From the NCBI GenBank assembly GCA_038087875.1, contig JAXLNO010000659.1, positions 1 through 64,000 of the forward strand: a DNA stretch of 64,000 nucleotides, read 5' to 3'. The translations under genes were made by a program, and so were the position numbers. Shown piece after piece: positions 1 through 14,260 of this stretch. The first letter of the stretch is position 1; every line of letters begins with the position of its first letter. A model generated the notes under the pieces. The model ran no database searches. It was not told where the DNA came from and saw nothing but the letters and a program-made list of their open reading frames with translations. Source of the stretch: Malacoraja senta (lineage: Eukaryota).

Positions 1-225
1 TTTGGATGTTGTAGAATCTTCTTTTATTGCATACAGAGCTCTTCGAGCTTTCTCTTTTAGTGCATTCACTGCCATATTGAAGCTCCCTGATGCTGCAACA
101 GTTAGACCAAGGTAGTATAGTTCATAGTGTGTTCGATAATAATACCATTGAGAGTAAATTTGTATTTATCTTCCTGACATCTGGGTTTTTTCTGGAAAAT
201 CATGATATTGGTTTTTCTTTAGATT
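1..225 (-). mobile_element. 5'-truncated non-LTR retrotransposon (RTE-X-like), RT thumb region, runs off left edge
   Basis: Minus strand reads, with frameshifts, NLKKTNIMIFQKKPRCQEDKYKFTLNGIIIEHTMNYTYLGLTVAASGSFNMAVNALKEKARRALYAIK, the K-T-x-x-M...Y-x-YLG post-RT motif of LINEs. It begins directly at the (GA)n array. Clade assignment is from memory, not a search. Confidence 0.7.
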
Positions 226-1601
<1,376 letters not shown>

Positions 1602-2579
1602 CAATTCAATTTCAATTTAAAACCTTATTGGCATGATACAAAAAACATTGTTATATTGCCAAAGTATGAAACATGACATACATATTTAAGATGCATAAGT
1701 ATAAATACAAGTATACAGTGCATAGATAGATATGTCCCTGTATATACACTCTCAAGAGGCCTATAGCCGTTTATTGATTGCTACACGTTCTTGCAGGCTG
1801 TAAGCAGTACAACAGGATAGCTAATTTAGCAATTCAATATTCATTTCTTAGTGTCAGTTAATGGTCAATTAGTGTGTGCGTACATATGTGCATATTGGTC
1901 ATTCACCGTCTCTCAGGTATGGCATGCTGTTACGTATTGTGCACCAAGATGTGCCGTATTTCCTTCACCAATGATTATTTTTAGTTTTGATGTATCATCT
2001 AGTTCCTTAAAGTCAGGGGTGCCTGACTGAGTTTGTCAAAGTATGTTTTCCTTTTTTTGTCAATTTTTTTGCATTTTAGGAGGAAGTGCACCTCTGTTTC
2101 AACCTCATCTGTCAAACAGTGGCCACATATTCTGTTTTCTCTTGGTTGCCCAGATCTCTTCTGTCTTCCTTTTTCAACTGCCAAATAGTGGTCACTTAGC
2201 CTGTATTTGGTGAGGGTCTGCCTTTGTTTTATGTCTCTAACAGTTGATAGATAGTCTGCCAATTTATATCTCTTTTAGGCACGTAGCATTCTAATCTGCT
2301 TTGGCTTTTGGTTTCTTTATCCCAATGTTCCAAATATGTTTCTTTACATTGTTTGATAATTTGGTTCACTCTAACTGGTGATTGGGGATCAGTATTGATC
2401 TGAGGCTGGTCAGGATTTAACTGGATAGGGTTTAACTGAATGGGGTAGTTAGTCTCTGTACCACTGCACAGGTAACTCTTTTCTGGGCTCCCCTCTTGTG
2501 TTTTATGGCTTTAAACTGGAGGGTATCTGGTGGGCTAGATTTAAGATGATTCCAAAAATTTAGTGCTCTTTTCTGGATG

Positions 2580-2580
<1 letters not shown>
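1602..2580 (-). mobile_element. 5'-truncated RTE-X-like LINE with C-terminal CCHC-type motif and (TTGAA)n-like tail
   Basis: Minus strand IQKRALNFWNHLKSS...; ORF 1999-2262 YRLSDHYLAVEKGR...RICGHC...VETEVHFLLKC. The 3' end reads catgccaataagg...ttgaaattgaattga and runs into GAGAGA. Confidence 0.75.
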
Positions 2581-2638
<58 letters not shown>

Positions 2639-2651
2639 GTCTCTGTCTCTG

Positions 2652-2708
<57 letters not shown>

Positions 2709-2767
2709 GTCTCTGTCTCTGTCTGTCTCTGTCTCTGTCTCTGTCTCTGTCTCTGTCTCTGTCTCTG

Positions 2768-2800
<33 letters not shown>

Positions 2801-2813
2801 GTCTCTGTCTCTG

Positions 2814-2848
<35 letters not shown>

Positions 2849-3239
2849 GTCTCTGTCTCTCTCTCTCCTCTCTCTCTGTCTCTCTCTCTCTCTCTGTCTC
2901 TCTCTCTGTCTCTGTCTCTGTCTCTTCTCTGTCTCTGTCTCTGTCTCTGTCTCTGTCTCTGTCTCTGTCTCTGTCTCTGTCTCTGTCTCTGTCTCTCTGT
3001 CTCTCCCTCTGTCTCTCTCTCTCTGTCTCTGTCTCTCTCTCTCTCTCTCTCTCTGTGTCTCTGTATCTGTCTCTGTCTCTGTCTCTCTCTGTCTCTATCT
3101 CTCTCTCTCTCTCTCTGTCTCTGTCTCTGTCTCTGTCTCTGTCTCTGTCTCTGTCTCTGTCTCTGTCTCTGTCTCTGTCTCTGTCTCTCTCTCTGTCTCT
3201 GTCTCTGTCTCTGTCTCTCTCTCTGTCTCTGTCTCTCTC

Positions 3240-3307
<68 letters not shown>

Positions 3308-3330
3308 CTCTGTCTCTGTCTCTGTCTCTG

Positions 3331-3361
<31 letters not shown>

Positions 3362-3384
3362 GTCTCTCTCTCTCTCTGTCTCTG
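2581..3384. repeat. Compound (TC)n/(TCTCTG)n microsatellite, ~0.8 kb
   Basis: Directly visible. Confidence 0.97.
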
Positions 3385-3433
3385 TAGATTGCATTCAATA
3401 CTTCATTGACTAAATATTTTAATACTTTGCTCA

Positions 3434-3775
3434 TATTTCACTTGGGCAGCTTGGGTGGTATGAATATTGATTTCTCTCACTTCAGATAGCCCTGGCATTC
3501 CCTCTCGCTCTATCCCTCCCCACCCCAAGTCGCACTAGCTTGTCATTTTCACCCTACAAACAGCTAACAAACAGCTACATGTTTCCTTTATCATCATTAC
3601 TTTTTTGCCTATCTTTCATCCATTGTTCTTTATCTCTCCACATCACCATCTATATCTCTAATTTTCCTTATCTCTAACGAGTCTGAAGAAGGGTCTCGAC
3701 AGGAAACGTCACCCATTCCTTCTCTCCAGAGATGCTGCCTGTCCCGCTAAATTACTCCAGCTTCTTGTGTCTATC
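3434..3775 (+). mobile_element. Penelope-like element 3' fragment
   Basis: End of the GIY-YIG coding region (MNIDFS...) plus the 3' UTR shared with other PLE copies in the window (ctgaagaagggtctcgac...gaaacgtc...gatgctgcc). Confidence 0.7.
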
Positions 3776-3784
3776 ATAGTTTAA

Positions 3785-3995
3785 TTATTGTTTTGTGGTG
3801 TTCAAGAGCCTGACAGTGGTTGGGAAAAGACTACTCTTGAACCTGGTCACAGTTTTCTGACTATAATACATTCTTCCTAAAGGTAAATGTGAAATGAGAG
3901 CATGGCTAGGGTGGTGTGGGTATCTGATGATGCTGGCTGTCATTTTGAGGAAGTGCTTTGATGGTGGGGAGGTCATTACCAGTGATGGACCGGGG
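3785..3995 (-). mobile_element. Rex1/Babar-type LINE 3' fragment
   Basis: ORF 3785-3976: IIRYPHHPSHAL...RFKSSLFPTTVRLLN, the typical Rex1 C-terminus. Confidence 0.7.
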
Positions 3996-4015
3996 GGGGG
4001 GGGTATCTACCACTT

Positions 4016-5031
4016 GGTATGGGAGGGAAGGGAAGAATTGACAAGGGAGTTACGGAGGGAGCGATCTTTGCGGAAGGCAGACATAGGGGGAGATGGGAAG
4101 ATGTGGCGAGTGGTGGGGTCACGTTGGAGGTGGCGGAAACTGACGGAGGATCACTTGTTGTATGTGACGGCTGGTGGGGTGAAAGGTGAGGACTAGGGGG
4201 ACTCTGCCTTTGTTGTGAGTGGGGGGATGGGGAGAGAGAGCAGTGTTGCGGGGTATGGCAGAGACCCACTCGCCACATCTTCCCATCTCCCCCTATGTCT
4301 GCCTTCCGCAAAGACCGCTCCCTCCGTAACTCCCTTGTCAATTCTTCCCTTCCCTCCCATACCACCCCCTCCCCTGGTACTTTCCCTTGCAACCGCAAGA
4401 GATGCAACACTTGTCCCTTCACTTCCCCCCTCCACTCCATTCAAGGACCCAAGCAGTCGTTCCAGGTGCGACAGAGGTTCACCTGCATCTCCTCCAACCT
4501 CATCTATTGCATTCGCTGCTCTAGATGCCAGCTGATCTACATCGGTGAGACCAAGCGGAGGCTTGGCGATCGTTTCGCCGAACACCTCCGGTCGGTCCGC
4601 AATAACCAACCTGAACTCCCGGTGGCTCAGCACTTCAACTCCCCCTCCCATTCCGTATCTGACCTCTCTGTCCTGGGTCTCCTCCATGGCCACAGCGAGC
4701 AACACCGTAAATTGGAGGAAATGCACCTCATATTCCGCTTGGGCAGTCTACATCCTGGTGGCCTGAACGTTGAATTCTCCCAATTCTGCTAGCCCTGGCT
4801 GTCCCCTCCCCTTCATCAGCCATCTGGTTGTCTCCTCCCCTCCCCCAGCCCTCAGGCTCCTCCTCCGCCTTTTCCTTTTTTCCTTTCTTCTCCCCACCCC
4901 CTATCAGTCTGAAGAAGGGTTTCGGCCCGAAACGTTACCTATTTCCTTCGCTCCATAGATGCTGCTGCACCCGCTGAGTTTCTCCAGCATTTTTGTGTAC
5001 CTTCGATTTTCCAGCATCTGCAGTTCCTTCT
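4016..5031 (+). mobile_element. Penelope-like retroelement with inverted 5' segment; GIY-YIG endonuclease
   Basis: ORF 4295-4792 contains PCNRKRCNTC...NLIYCIRCSRC...YIGETKRRLGDRFAEH...GLN (PLE Zn finger plus GIY-YIG). 4016-4112 is the reverse complement of ~4265-4362. Confidence 0.9.
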
Positions 5032-5252
5032 TTAGCATATTTCTCAACTTCCTTAACCTCATAAACACAAATGACTGGTCAGAGTGCTGCACAGGAAATC
5101 TGTTGTCTCAGTTCATTTCTTACGGTTTCTCTTGGGTCCATAATTTTGTTTTAACAATTCTTTTCCCTTTTCTCCGATCCAAAGTGTTTCAGTTCTTTGA
5201 TACGTTTGGAGAGCGTGCTTTTGTCTTGCATTTGGTATCAACTTTTCAGGAA

Positions 5253-5995
5253 CCAAGATACAAGATACATTTATTTGTCACATGTACCAATTGGTACAGT
5301 GAAATGTGTGGTCGCCATACAGCCATACGAATAAAAAAGAACACAACACACGATAGAGTCCAACACAAAACATCCCCACGCAGCAGAATCAAAGTTTCCC
5401 ACTGTGAGGGAAGGCACCAAAGTTCAGTCAATCATCCTCTGATGTTCTTTGATGTTCACCTGTGGTCGGGGCCTCCCAGGCCCTCCGCAGTCGCCGCTAC
5501 GGGTGGCCCGAAGTTCAGGCCCGCTCGCCGGGAAGATGGAACTCCGACGTCAGAACGGGAGAACAGCCTCGGCGCTTGGAGCACCGAATCAGCCACTTCC
5601 TACCGGAGTCCGCGGCTCCCGAAGTCCACAGGCCGCGCTGGGCAGAGATTCATGCTGGCTGCCCTCGGCAAAGGGATCCCAGAACTCCGCGATGTTGAAG
5701 TTAGCGCCGTCCGCACTGGAAGCTCTACGAACCACAGCTCTGTGCTGTTGAAGCAGCAGGCCCAACACTCCGGAGCTTCAAACGGCGATCCAGGTGGGCA
5801 TCACCCGCCCCGCGATGAATCCAGTGCTGCGCCGCCGATGCTGAAGCTCTGGTCCGGTCCCCGGTCCCTGGCAGGAAAGGCCGCGAGGAGGGGGGCGAGG
5901 ACGCGACTCGGAGAATAGTCGCATCCTCACCAGGAAGTGACTGGGAAACGGTTTCCCCCTTACCCTACCCCCCTCCCCCACATAGAAAAACTAAA
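5253..5995 (-). mobile_element. GC/CpG-rich non-autonomous element with LINE-type 3' tail
   Basis: Minus-strand 3' end ...cactgtaccaattggtacatgtgacaaataaatgtatcttgtatcttg resembles the Rex1 tail at ~60627-60660. Its 5' part is architecturally similar to the copies at 22455 and 53408. Confidence 0.55.
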
Positions 5996-6119
5996 GGCTT
6001 CAGGCAACCATGTGAAGTGTTACACTCCTCTACATTTACAAAGTGAAACTTGTCCTGTAAGAATGTAAGTTTACAAAGTGTGCTCTCTCATTCCTTAAGC
6101 AATAAAAGGCAATGTCATC

Positions 6120-6322
6120 TGTAGATTGGCTATAGCATGTTAGCTAATTAGAATGCTTAGTAATTATAACCCCGCCTAATTATAACATTCATAGTGTAAG
6201 ATCCTACCCACTGTCTACCAGTTAGAGTAGCAGTGTGAATGTGTGATGACCTGCTGTGTAGTTGATGACCAGAACAATAAAGATGCTTGTGTTTCAACCT
6301 GTGTGAGTTTGAGCTCGTTACA
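6120..6322 (+). repeat. 5' LTR
   Basis: TG...CA termini, AATAAA, 198/203 identical to the 3' LTR. Confidence 0.95.
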
Positions 6323-6332
6323 TGGTGTCAGA
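6323..6332 (+). promoter_or_regulatory. Primer binding site, probably tRNA-Leu
   Basis: TGGTGTCAGA directly after the LTR, complementary to a 3' end ...UCUGACACCA as in vertebrate tRNA-Leu(CAA/CAG). Confidence 0.65.
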
Positions 6333-6483
6333 TTATCGGGTCTACCCCGCGTCTGTTTACCGTGATTTATTTCGTTTACCAGTTTTTATTTGCGTGTTTT
6401 TTTTGTGATTTGGGGATATGGCTAACTCTTGTCGAAAGCCTAGCCCACTCGTGTTTGATTCTGATATCGCCGAGCGATGACGA

Positions 6484-9400
6484 ATGTTTGAAAAGAACTA
6501 CTCTCATTATATCCGCATCGTTCACAGAAACGATCCCGGTGATTTGAAGGCTTCACTATTGTTGAATTTAGCGGGTCCGGAGGCTATGACCCACGCTGAC
6601 TCGTTCGAATTTGCACCTGCTCAACTGGATGGGAATGGACAGGTTTTGGTGCCAGCTGAATCTATAGACAACTCCATGGAGTTGCTGCGAAAGTTTAGAG
6701 AACTGTGCGACCTGCCGCCTAACAGAATCCTTGAGAGAACAAGATTTTTTGCTCAAGTGCAACAGGCTGACAAGTGACCTGAGACACATCAGCTCTCGAT
6801 GCAGATTTGGTGAGTTGACAAATGAGCTAGTTCGCGATAAAATTGTGGAAGGAATGAGCGACCGAAAGCTGCGAGCTGAACTGCTATGGAATGCAGAACT
6901 GACTTTAGAGCAAGCTATTCATGCTTGTCGGATGTCTGAGACTGTGGCACCACTGGCTGATTTTGATAGCGCGAATGCTAATCAGCACAGTTAAATGTGA
7001 ATTTGGCTAGTTACTCTCCGCAAAGATTTCTCAATGCGTCCAGCAAAGTTCAGAACATGCCTAACACGAGGTGCACAAACTGTAACTATTTCCACCCCAG
7101 GGGGCGCCAATTTTGCATGGCCCATGGGAAAGTATGTCATTATTGCAAAGAACTCAACCACTTTGCTAATTGTTGTCGATCCAGTGGGAGTACAACTCCA
7201 AGGACGAAGCTGCACCTGATTCAACAAGACCCGCCTGATTCAGATTCACATGAACAAGACGAATCTTCCCACGGGAATGACTCTGATAACACAGACAATG
7301 AGTCTACCGTACTTTCCCTAAACCTGCGCACGCCAGGCAAAGTTACTGATCCGGCTGTGACCATGAAAATCAATAACAAACCACTGATCGCCAAAGTCGA
7401 TACCGGTGCCCGCGTGAACGTCATGTCACTCAAAGTGTTCAACAAGATAAGAACCACTGAGCTCATGAAAAAAGACTCCTCCGCTTTACATGCTTACGGA
7501 GGAGAAATTCTTCACCCACTGGGCAAAGCCGATTTCAAATGTACCATCAATGAACAGACCAAGGACTTGCTATTTTACATCGTTCAGCCAAGTTCTGAAA
7601 CCTTGCTAGGCATCAATGCATGCCATGACCTGGGTTTGGTCTATCTTGGGCGTGCTGTCCACAAACTCTGTTTGACAGAGGGACCAACCAGACAGATGCT
7701 ATCCAACTACAAAGATTTGTTTGACAACAAACTCGGCAAACTACCTACAATATACAAGATCATTGTCGACCATACAGTCACCCCAATCGTATGTGCCCCT
7801 CACCGCGTCCCGCATGGTATGCGTGAGCAAATACACAATGAACTGAAACATATGGTCTCCATCGGAGTCCTTGCCGAAGTCAGCGAACCGTCTGATTGGG
7901 TTTCCACCATGGTTGTCACCACATAGAAAGACAAGAAGGAGTTACGCATCTGCACCAATCCTAAAGATTTGAATACGGCAACACTACCCAATGAGGACCA
8001 CCGAAGATGTAGCAACACAAATCGGTAACGCAACGGTTTTCTCAGTGTTGGATGCCAAAAACTCATTCTGGCAAATCCTGTTAGACCGTGCTTCATCGGC
8101 GTTAACAACATTCGCCACCCCGTTCGGACGTTACCGATTCCTAAGAATGCCCTTTAGCATCAACTCTTCCAGCGAAGTTTTCCAGCGTGCAATGGAACAA
8201 CTGTTTGCAGAATTCCCCTGTGCCATCATAGTTGACGACATTCTAGTTTATGGCCGCGATACCACCGAGCACGATGCCAACCTACGTAAAGTACTGGACC
8301 GTGCCAGAGACATTAATTTAAAACTGAACCCACTGAATTGCAAGTTCAGGGTTCCCGAAGTCACTTACGTAGGTCACGTGTTCACCAGCAATGGGCTAAA
8401 ACCAGATCCGCTGAAGACTGCAGCAATCAACGAGCTGCCGGTACCAACTGATGTCACCAGCTTGCAACGATTTCTAGGCATGGTCAACTACCTGGGAAAG
8501 TTTATCCCCAATCTCAGCGAGTTGTCACCCCCCCTGCGTTAACTAACCCACAAGGACAACACCTGGTCCAGGTACCCAAACCACCAGCGAGCTTTCGAGA
8601 CTTTAAAACTACAGCTCACCAGTGCGCCCATTCTGTCCTATTTCAATCTCAACCTGCCAGTTACAATTACCTGCGATGCAGTATGGACTAGGTGCTGCAT
8701 GCCTGCAGACCTCTTTCAACGGCAATGTCATGCCGGTATCCTACGCTTCAAGGACACTAACGGATACCGAACAGCGCTATGCACAGATAGAAAAAGAACT
8801 GCTTGCCGTGGTTTTTGCATGCTCCAAATTCAAAGACTTTATTTTCGGCAAAACCTTCACAGTAGAAACTGATCACCAACCTTTGGTTACCATCCTGAGC
8901 AAGCCTATTCATGCTGCCCCAGCAAGGCTTTAACGTATGATGATGCAGCTACAACGGTTCGACTTGCGCATTGTCTACAAAAAGGGTAAAGACATGCACA
9001 TCGCAGACACTCTATCTCAAGCACCAGGCGCTACCAGCGAACAACATCCATTCGAACAAGAGGAATTCTCTGTTCTGAAAGTTTCTTTCGTTCCAACTGA
9101 CCGCCTGCGCCACCTCGCCGAACACACTGCCATGGACACGACCTCCCAGCTGTTGGCCTCGATCATTAAAGGCGGTTGGCCAAATAAACAATCCAATACC
9201 CCCGCTGAAATTAGACCCTACTTTCTGGTACGTGGTGAACTTGTGCTACAGGACGGAGTGATAGTAAAGGGTCATAAGACGGTCATCCCCCCTTCTCTGC
9301 GAAATGAGTATTACGAGGAGATCCGCGGTGGCCACCCAGGCATTGAGGCCACCCTACAACGCGCTAAAGAAATGATCTACTGGCCCGGAATGACCAAGTA

Positions 9401-10515
9401 CATTCGGGAAAAACAGAATGTAACGGGCAAGCGCCACACCAGCAAAAACAACCACTGCTGTCCCAACCTGCCCCCTCCCCACCATGGTCATCCGTGGCTG
9501 CCGATATCTTCGACTGGCACGGGAAGCACTATCTCGTGTTCGTGAACTCATACTCGAGTTGGTTCGAAATTGATTTTCTACCAACCATCTCCTCAGAAAT
9601 AGTCATCCAGAAACTCTGGCAGCACTTCTCCGTACACGGCATCCCAGCCCGCCTTCAGACTGACAACGGGACGCAATTCACCAGCCAAAAGTTCAAAGAC
9701 TTTGCCAAGCGCTGGAACTTTAAACATGTCACCAGCAGCCCAGAATACCCACAGTCCAACGGACTTGCCGAACGCGCTGTTCGCAGCGCTAAACAACTTA
9801 TGGAACGCTCTTTCCTGGCAAAATCTGACGTCTACCTAGACCTGTTGAACCTGAGGAACATTGCCAGAGATGGTGCTTTAGGCTATCCAGCCCAATGCCT
9901 GATGTCCCAGCGAACGAGACCTCCACTGCGTGTGACTCGGGATCACTTAAAGCCCAAAGTTTTCTGCCCTGCTGTAGTTCAAACGCGCGTACAATCCAAT
10001 CGAGAGGCGCAGAAACGTGCCTACGACAAAACCAGCAAACCACTTAAGCCACCAATCCAAGGGCCAAGTGGTTCGTTTGCAAACGGACAAAAGACATACC
10101 AAGCTAGGGTTCATCCATGGCCCCGCAAAGGAACCACGCTCCTACCTTGTCGATGTCGGCGGCACCGTCTACAGACCGTCAACACCTCCTTCCAGTGAAG
10201 GAACGACGTCCGACGCTCCAGGGTCCTGACGCACCTCCACTGAACTTTAAAGTGATCGCTGTTCCAGCCGTTCCAGTGTCCGCAGCTGCTACCCCCCACC
10301 ACTCCCCGCTTCGGTCTGCACCCCCTTCCCCCTTCGTAACCGGTTCCCCGGAACCCCCGCGACAGTCTTCCCCCATGGTGTCTCCCCAGAGCCCTGTTGG
10401 CTCACCCAGTCATGCCCTTAACTTTTCGGAAGAAAAGGTTGATGAGGCAGCTCCTTACCGTACGAGGACCGGGCGGGTTAGTAAGTTGCCTGTTAGGTAC
10501 GGCGACAATGTGTAA
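6484..10515 (+). pseudogene. Disrupted gag-pol of the Gypsy element
   Basis: Two Cys/His knuckles (CTNC...H...C; CHYCKELNHFANCC), protease DTGA, RT IVDDILVYG, RNase H YASRTL...EKELLA...TDHQPL, integrase HPGI...YWPGM, TDNGTQF, YPQSNGLAERAV. Split across many ORFs by stops and frameshifts. Confidence 0.93.
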
Positions 10516-10611
10516 TCCCATTATTACTAGATGTGGCATTTTGCATTAAACAATTTATTTACTCATCGTAGTAATAACGCTTTATCTACTTTTCATTTAT
10601 AGAAGAAGAGA

Positions 10612-10814
10612 TGTAGATTGGCTATAGCATGTTAGCTAATTAGAATGCTTAGTAATTATAACCCCGCCTAATTATAACATTCATAGTGTAAGATCCTACC
10701 CACTGTCTACCAGTTAGAGTAGCAGTGTGAATGTGTGATGACCTGCTGTGTAGTTGATGACCTGAACAATAAAGATGCTTATGTTTCAACCCATGTGAGT
10801 TTGAGCTCTTTACA
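10612..10814 (+). repeat. 3' LTR
   Basis: Direct repeat of 6120-6322, preceded by the PPT and followed by the TSD. Confidence 0.95.
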
Positions 10815-11427
10815 TCATCCATAGGAAAAACAAATTTAGATTATGGTACATTATAGCAATGGTGTCCTGAAATCTCAGCATGTAATCATCCATACGTACA
10901 ACCCTACCTTGAAAGACCTCATGCACAGGTGTCATTCACCTTTGTGAACAGGAGAGGAACCAAATATTATCAATTCCATGAACATGCTATCCTGATGCCT
11001 CTGATTGTTTCATGTATTGGTTGCATGGTTTCATGTATTTTGTGTTTTTATGACCGTTGGCAGATCAATTTCCCTCCTGGGGTAAATAACGTTCTATCGT
11101 ATCGTATCTGATAAGCAGGAGATTCTGATTGAAGTTCAGACCAATAAATATTTAAAAGGATTAATGCATTTAAGTGGAAAAATCCTGTGAGTGAGCTTGT
11201 CCAGAACTGTGACCTTGTGGTGACTCGGCATAATTAATATGAGAGGATTGTGATACAGCATGGAAGGAAGGAAACCCACTGAACAAGCTCATTAAAAAGA
11301 TAAGATTAGCGAATGGCTGTTAGTATTTGCACCATCCAGAAAAAAAAAATAGGCCTCTGTTAATAGTAAATGAGCTCTGAGTGTCAGGTTTGCCCTTAAG
11401 GGTGGCAGTGATCAAATAAAGCCTATG

Positions 11428-12713
11428 TTCAAGAAAGAACTGCCGATGCTGGGAAAAATTGAAGGTAGACAACAATGCTGGAGAAACTCAGCGGGTGAGG
11501 CACCATCTATGGAGAGAAGGAATAGGCGACGTTTCGGGTCGAGACCCTTCTTCAGACTGATGTCAGGGGGGGGGCAGGAAAAATAAAGGAAGAGGCGGAG
11601 ACAGTAGGCTTGTAGGAGAGCTGGGAAGGGGGAGGGGAAGGAGGGAGAAAGCAAGGACTCTCTGTAATTAGAGAAGTCAATGTTCATACTGCTGGGGTGT
11701 AAACTACCAAAGCGAAATATGAGGTGCTGTTCCTCCAATTTGCGATGGGCCTCACTATGGCAATGGAGGAGGCCCAGGACAGAAAGTCAGATTTAGAATG
11801 GGAGGGGGAGTTGGTGCTGAGGCACTGGAGATCAGGTTGGTTAGTGCAAACTGAGCCGAGGTGTTGGGCGAAGCGATCGCCAAGCCTGCGCTTGGTCTCG
11901 CCAATGTAGAGAAGTTAACACCTGGAACAGCGGATGCAGTAGATGAGATTGGAGGAGGTGCAGGTGAAACTCTGCCTCAACTGAAAAGACTGCTTGGGTC
12001 CTTGGATGGAGTCGAGGGGGGATGTAAAGCGACAAGTGTAGCATTTCCTGCCGTTGCAAGGGAAAGTACCCGGGGAGCGGGTGGTTTGGGTGGGAAGGGA
12101 CGAATTGACCAGGGAGTAACAGAGGGAATGGTCTCTGCGGAAAGCAGAAAGGGGAGGAGATGGGAAGATGTGGCCAGTGGTGGGATCCCGTTGGAGGTGG
12201 CAAAAATGTCGCAGGATTATATGTTGTATACAACGGCTGATGGGGTGGAAGGTGAGGACAAGGGGGACTGTCCTTGTTACGAGTAGGGGGATGGGGAGTG
12301 AGAGCGGAGCTACGGGATATAGAGGAGACCCTGGTGGGAGACTCATCTATAATAGAAGAGGGGAACCCCCGTTCCCTCAAGAATGAGGACATCTCCGATG
12401 TCCTGGTCTGGAACACCTCATCCTGGGTGCGGATACGGCGTAGACGGAGGAATTGGGAGTAGGGGATGGAGTCCTTACAGGAAGCAGGGTGGGAAGAAGT
12501 GTAGTCCGGATAGCTATGGGAGTCAGTGGGTTTGTAGTAGATGTCGGTCAGTAGTCTGCCTGCGATGGAGATGGTGAGATCTAGAAACGGTAGGGAGATG
12601 TCGGAAATGGTCCAGGTGAATTTGAGTGCCGGATGGAAATTAGCGGTGAAGTGGATGAAGTCAGTGAGTTCTGCATGGGTGCAGGAGGTAGCAGTAATGC
12701 AGTCGTCAATGTA
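11428..12713 (-). mobile_element. Penelope-like element, 5'-truncated (RT C-terminus plus GIY-YIG plus 3' UTR)
   Basis: ORFs 11915-12346 and 11412-11738 carry VPLVLTFHP...PCNGRKCYTC...NLIYCIRCSRC and EEQHLIFRFGSLHPSSMN. Possible short TSD CCTATGT (11422-11428, 12715-12721). Confidence 0.88.
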
Positions 12714-13397
12714 ACCTATGTGTCAGTGGAAAACCATGTGCTACAATGGTAATGCATGACATAATTCACTTGTTCAAAATTTCCTACAAGAGGTTTATGC
12801 CCACTTCTGGATTGTTGCATTTCAAATAGTACCGATAACAGAGAGTTTTCAGTAATTCCAAATAAAAGGGGCAATTTCTAATTGAAAGTATCCTTAGTTG
12901 ATCTTTCTTAAAGCCATTGTTGAGATGGGTATCAATGTCAATGCCATTATCTGTTTTTCAATCTTAATTGCACGAGGAGATCATTGTGAGCTGCCTTCTT
13001 GAATGGTTGCAATCCTTCTGGTGAAGGGAAGATAGTTAATAATTTAAAACCAGTGATGATGAAGGACCAGCAATATGTTTGTCATAATGGTGTACGATTG
13101 CAGGGGGGCCTGCAGGTGATGGTGTGTTCCCTTGCATCTGTTGACCTTGTTTTTCTAGGTGGTCGTGTTTACAGGTTCAGAAGGTGCCATAGAATCAACT
13201 GGGCAAATAGTTGCAGTGCGATTTGTAGATAGTACACTGTTGAAGTACTGTGTAACTGTGAGTAAATGCTACTTGATTCATTGTCAACAATAGCTCCAAT
13301 CACATGGTTATCCCATTACCTTCTCTCAGCAAACGCTGTTGAAAATCTAGGAACAGTTTGAAGAGCACTCAGCACAAGCATGCTGAGCCAGACTAAT

Positions 13398-13566
13398 GAG
13401 TGGACATCCTAATTCTCAGCTCTTCTTCTTGAAAGACTGGGAAAGGATGTTGAGACCACGATGAAGGTCATTTGGGGCCCAGGAAGTCACACAGGATGGA
13501 GGTAAAGCATTTGAAGTAAGGAGGCAGCCAGCGCTATCAATGCCACAAGTGATGTCTCTAGGACCT
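13398..13566 (+). pseudogene. Decayed Myb/SANT-like (Harbinger-type trihelix) domain remnant
   Basis: Translates FSALLLERLGKDVETTMKVIWGPRK..., then after a stop/frameshift EAASAINATSDVSRT, resembling the F-S-x-x-E...W-x-x-V/IA-x-x-VNA...RT pattern of Myb_DNA-bind_5 proteins. Confidence 0.4.
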
Positions 13567-13583
13567 AACAATACAAAAAAGGT

Positions 13584-14260
13584 TTAGGAAGGAATTGCAT
13601 ATGCCGGTTTACGATGAAGATAGACACAAAATGCTGGAGTAACTCAGTGGGTCAGGCATCATCTCAGGAGAAAAGGAATAAGTCGGGACCCTGCTTTAGA
13701 CTGACTCAGGGGAGAGAGAAACTAAAGGTATGAGGAGGTACAAAGAATGAAAGGTATGAAAGGAACAAATCAAAGCCAGCAAGGATGATCAAGTTTAGGT
13801 GGCGTCCACAATGGTCCATTGTTGGCTGTGGAAGAGATGATAATGAGGTGGTAGGAACAATGGAATTAAGCAGGATGACAGTGAAGCTGGTAGGATGACT
13901 TGGGTGGGGGAGGGTAGGAGAGAGAGTGAATGCAAGGGTTACTTAAAATTAAAGAAATCAATTCTCATACCGCTGGTTTGTAAGCTGCCCAAGCAAAATA
14001 TGAGATGCTGTTCCTCCAATAGCATTTGGCCTCACTCTGACAGTGGAGGAGGCCCAGGACAGAAAGGTCAGTATGGGAATGAAAAGGGAAGTTAAAGTGT
14101 TTGGCAACCGGGAGATCGCGTAGGCCAAGGCTGACTGTGCATAGGTGTTCAGCGAAACGATCGTCCAGTCTGCGCTGGGTCTCACCGATATATAGGAGTC
14201 CACACCTGGAACAGTGGATACAGTAGATGAGGTTAGAGGAGGTGCAAGTGAACCTCTGCA
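13584..14260 (-). mobile_element. Penelope-like 3' fragment (GIY-YIG)
   Basis: ORF 13965-14261: FTCTSSNLIYCIHCSRCGLLYIGETQRRLDDRFAEH, followed by the shared PLE 3' UTR. Confidence 0.85.

Larger units (their letters stand above)
6120..10814 (+). mobile_element. Full-length Ty3/Gypsy (Mag-like) LTR retrotransposon, degenerate
   Basis: 203-bp TG...CA LTRs at 6120-6322 and 10612-10814; 5-bp TSD TCATC (6115-6119, 10815-10819); PBS TGGTGTCAGA; PPT AGAAGAAGAGA (10601-10611); domain order gag-PR-RT-RH-IN. Confidence 0.96.

Noticed and set aside
4959..5918. 319-aa ORF
   Set aside because: Runs across a PLE tail, unique DNA and the antisense strand of a GC-rich repeat; no recognisable domain.
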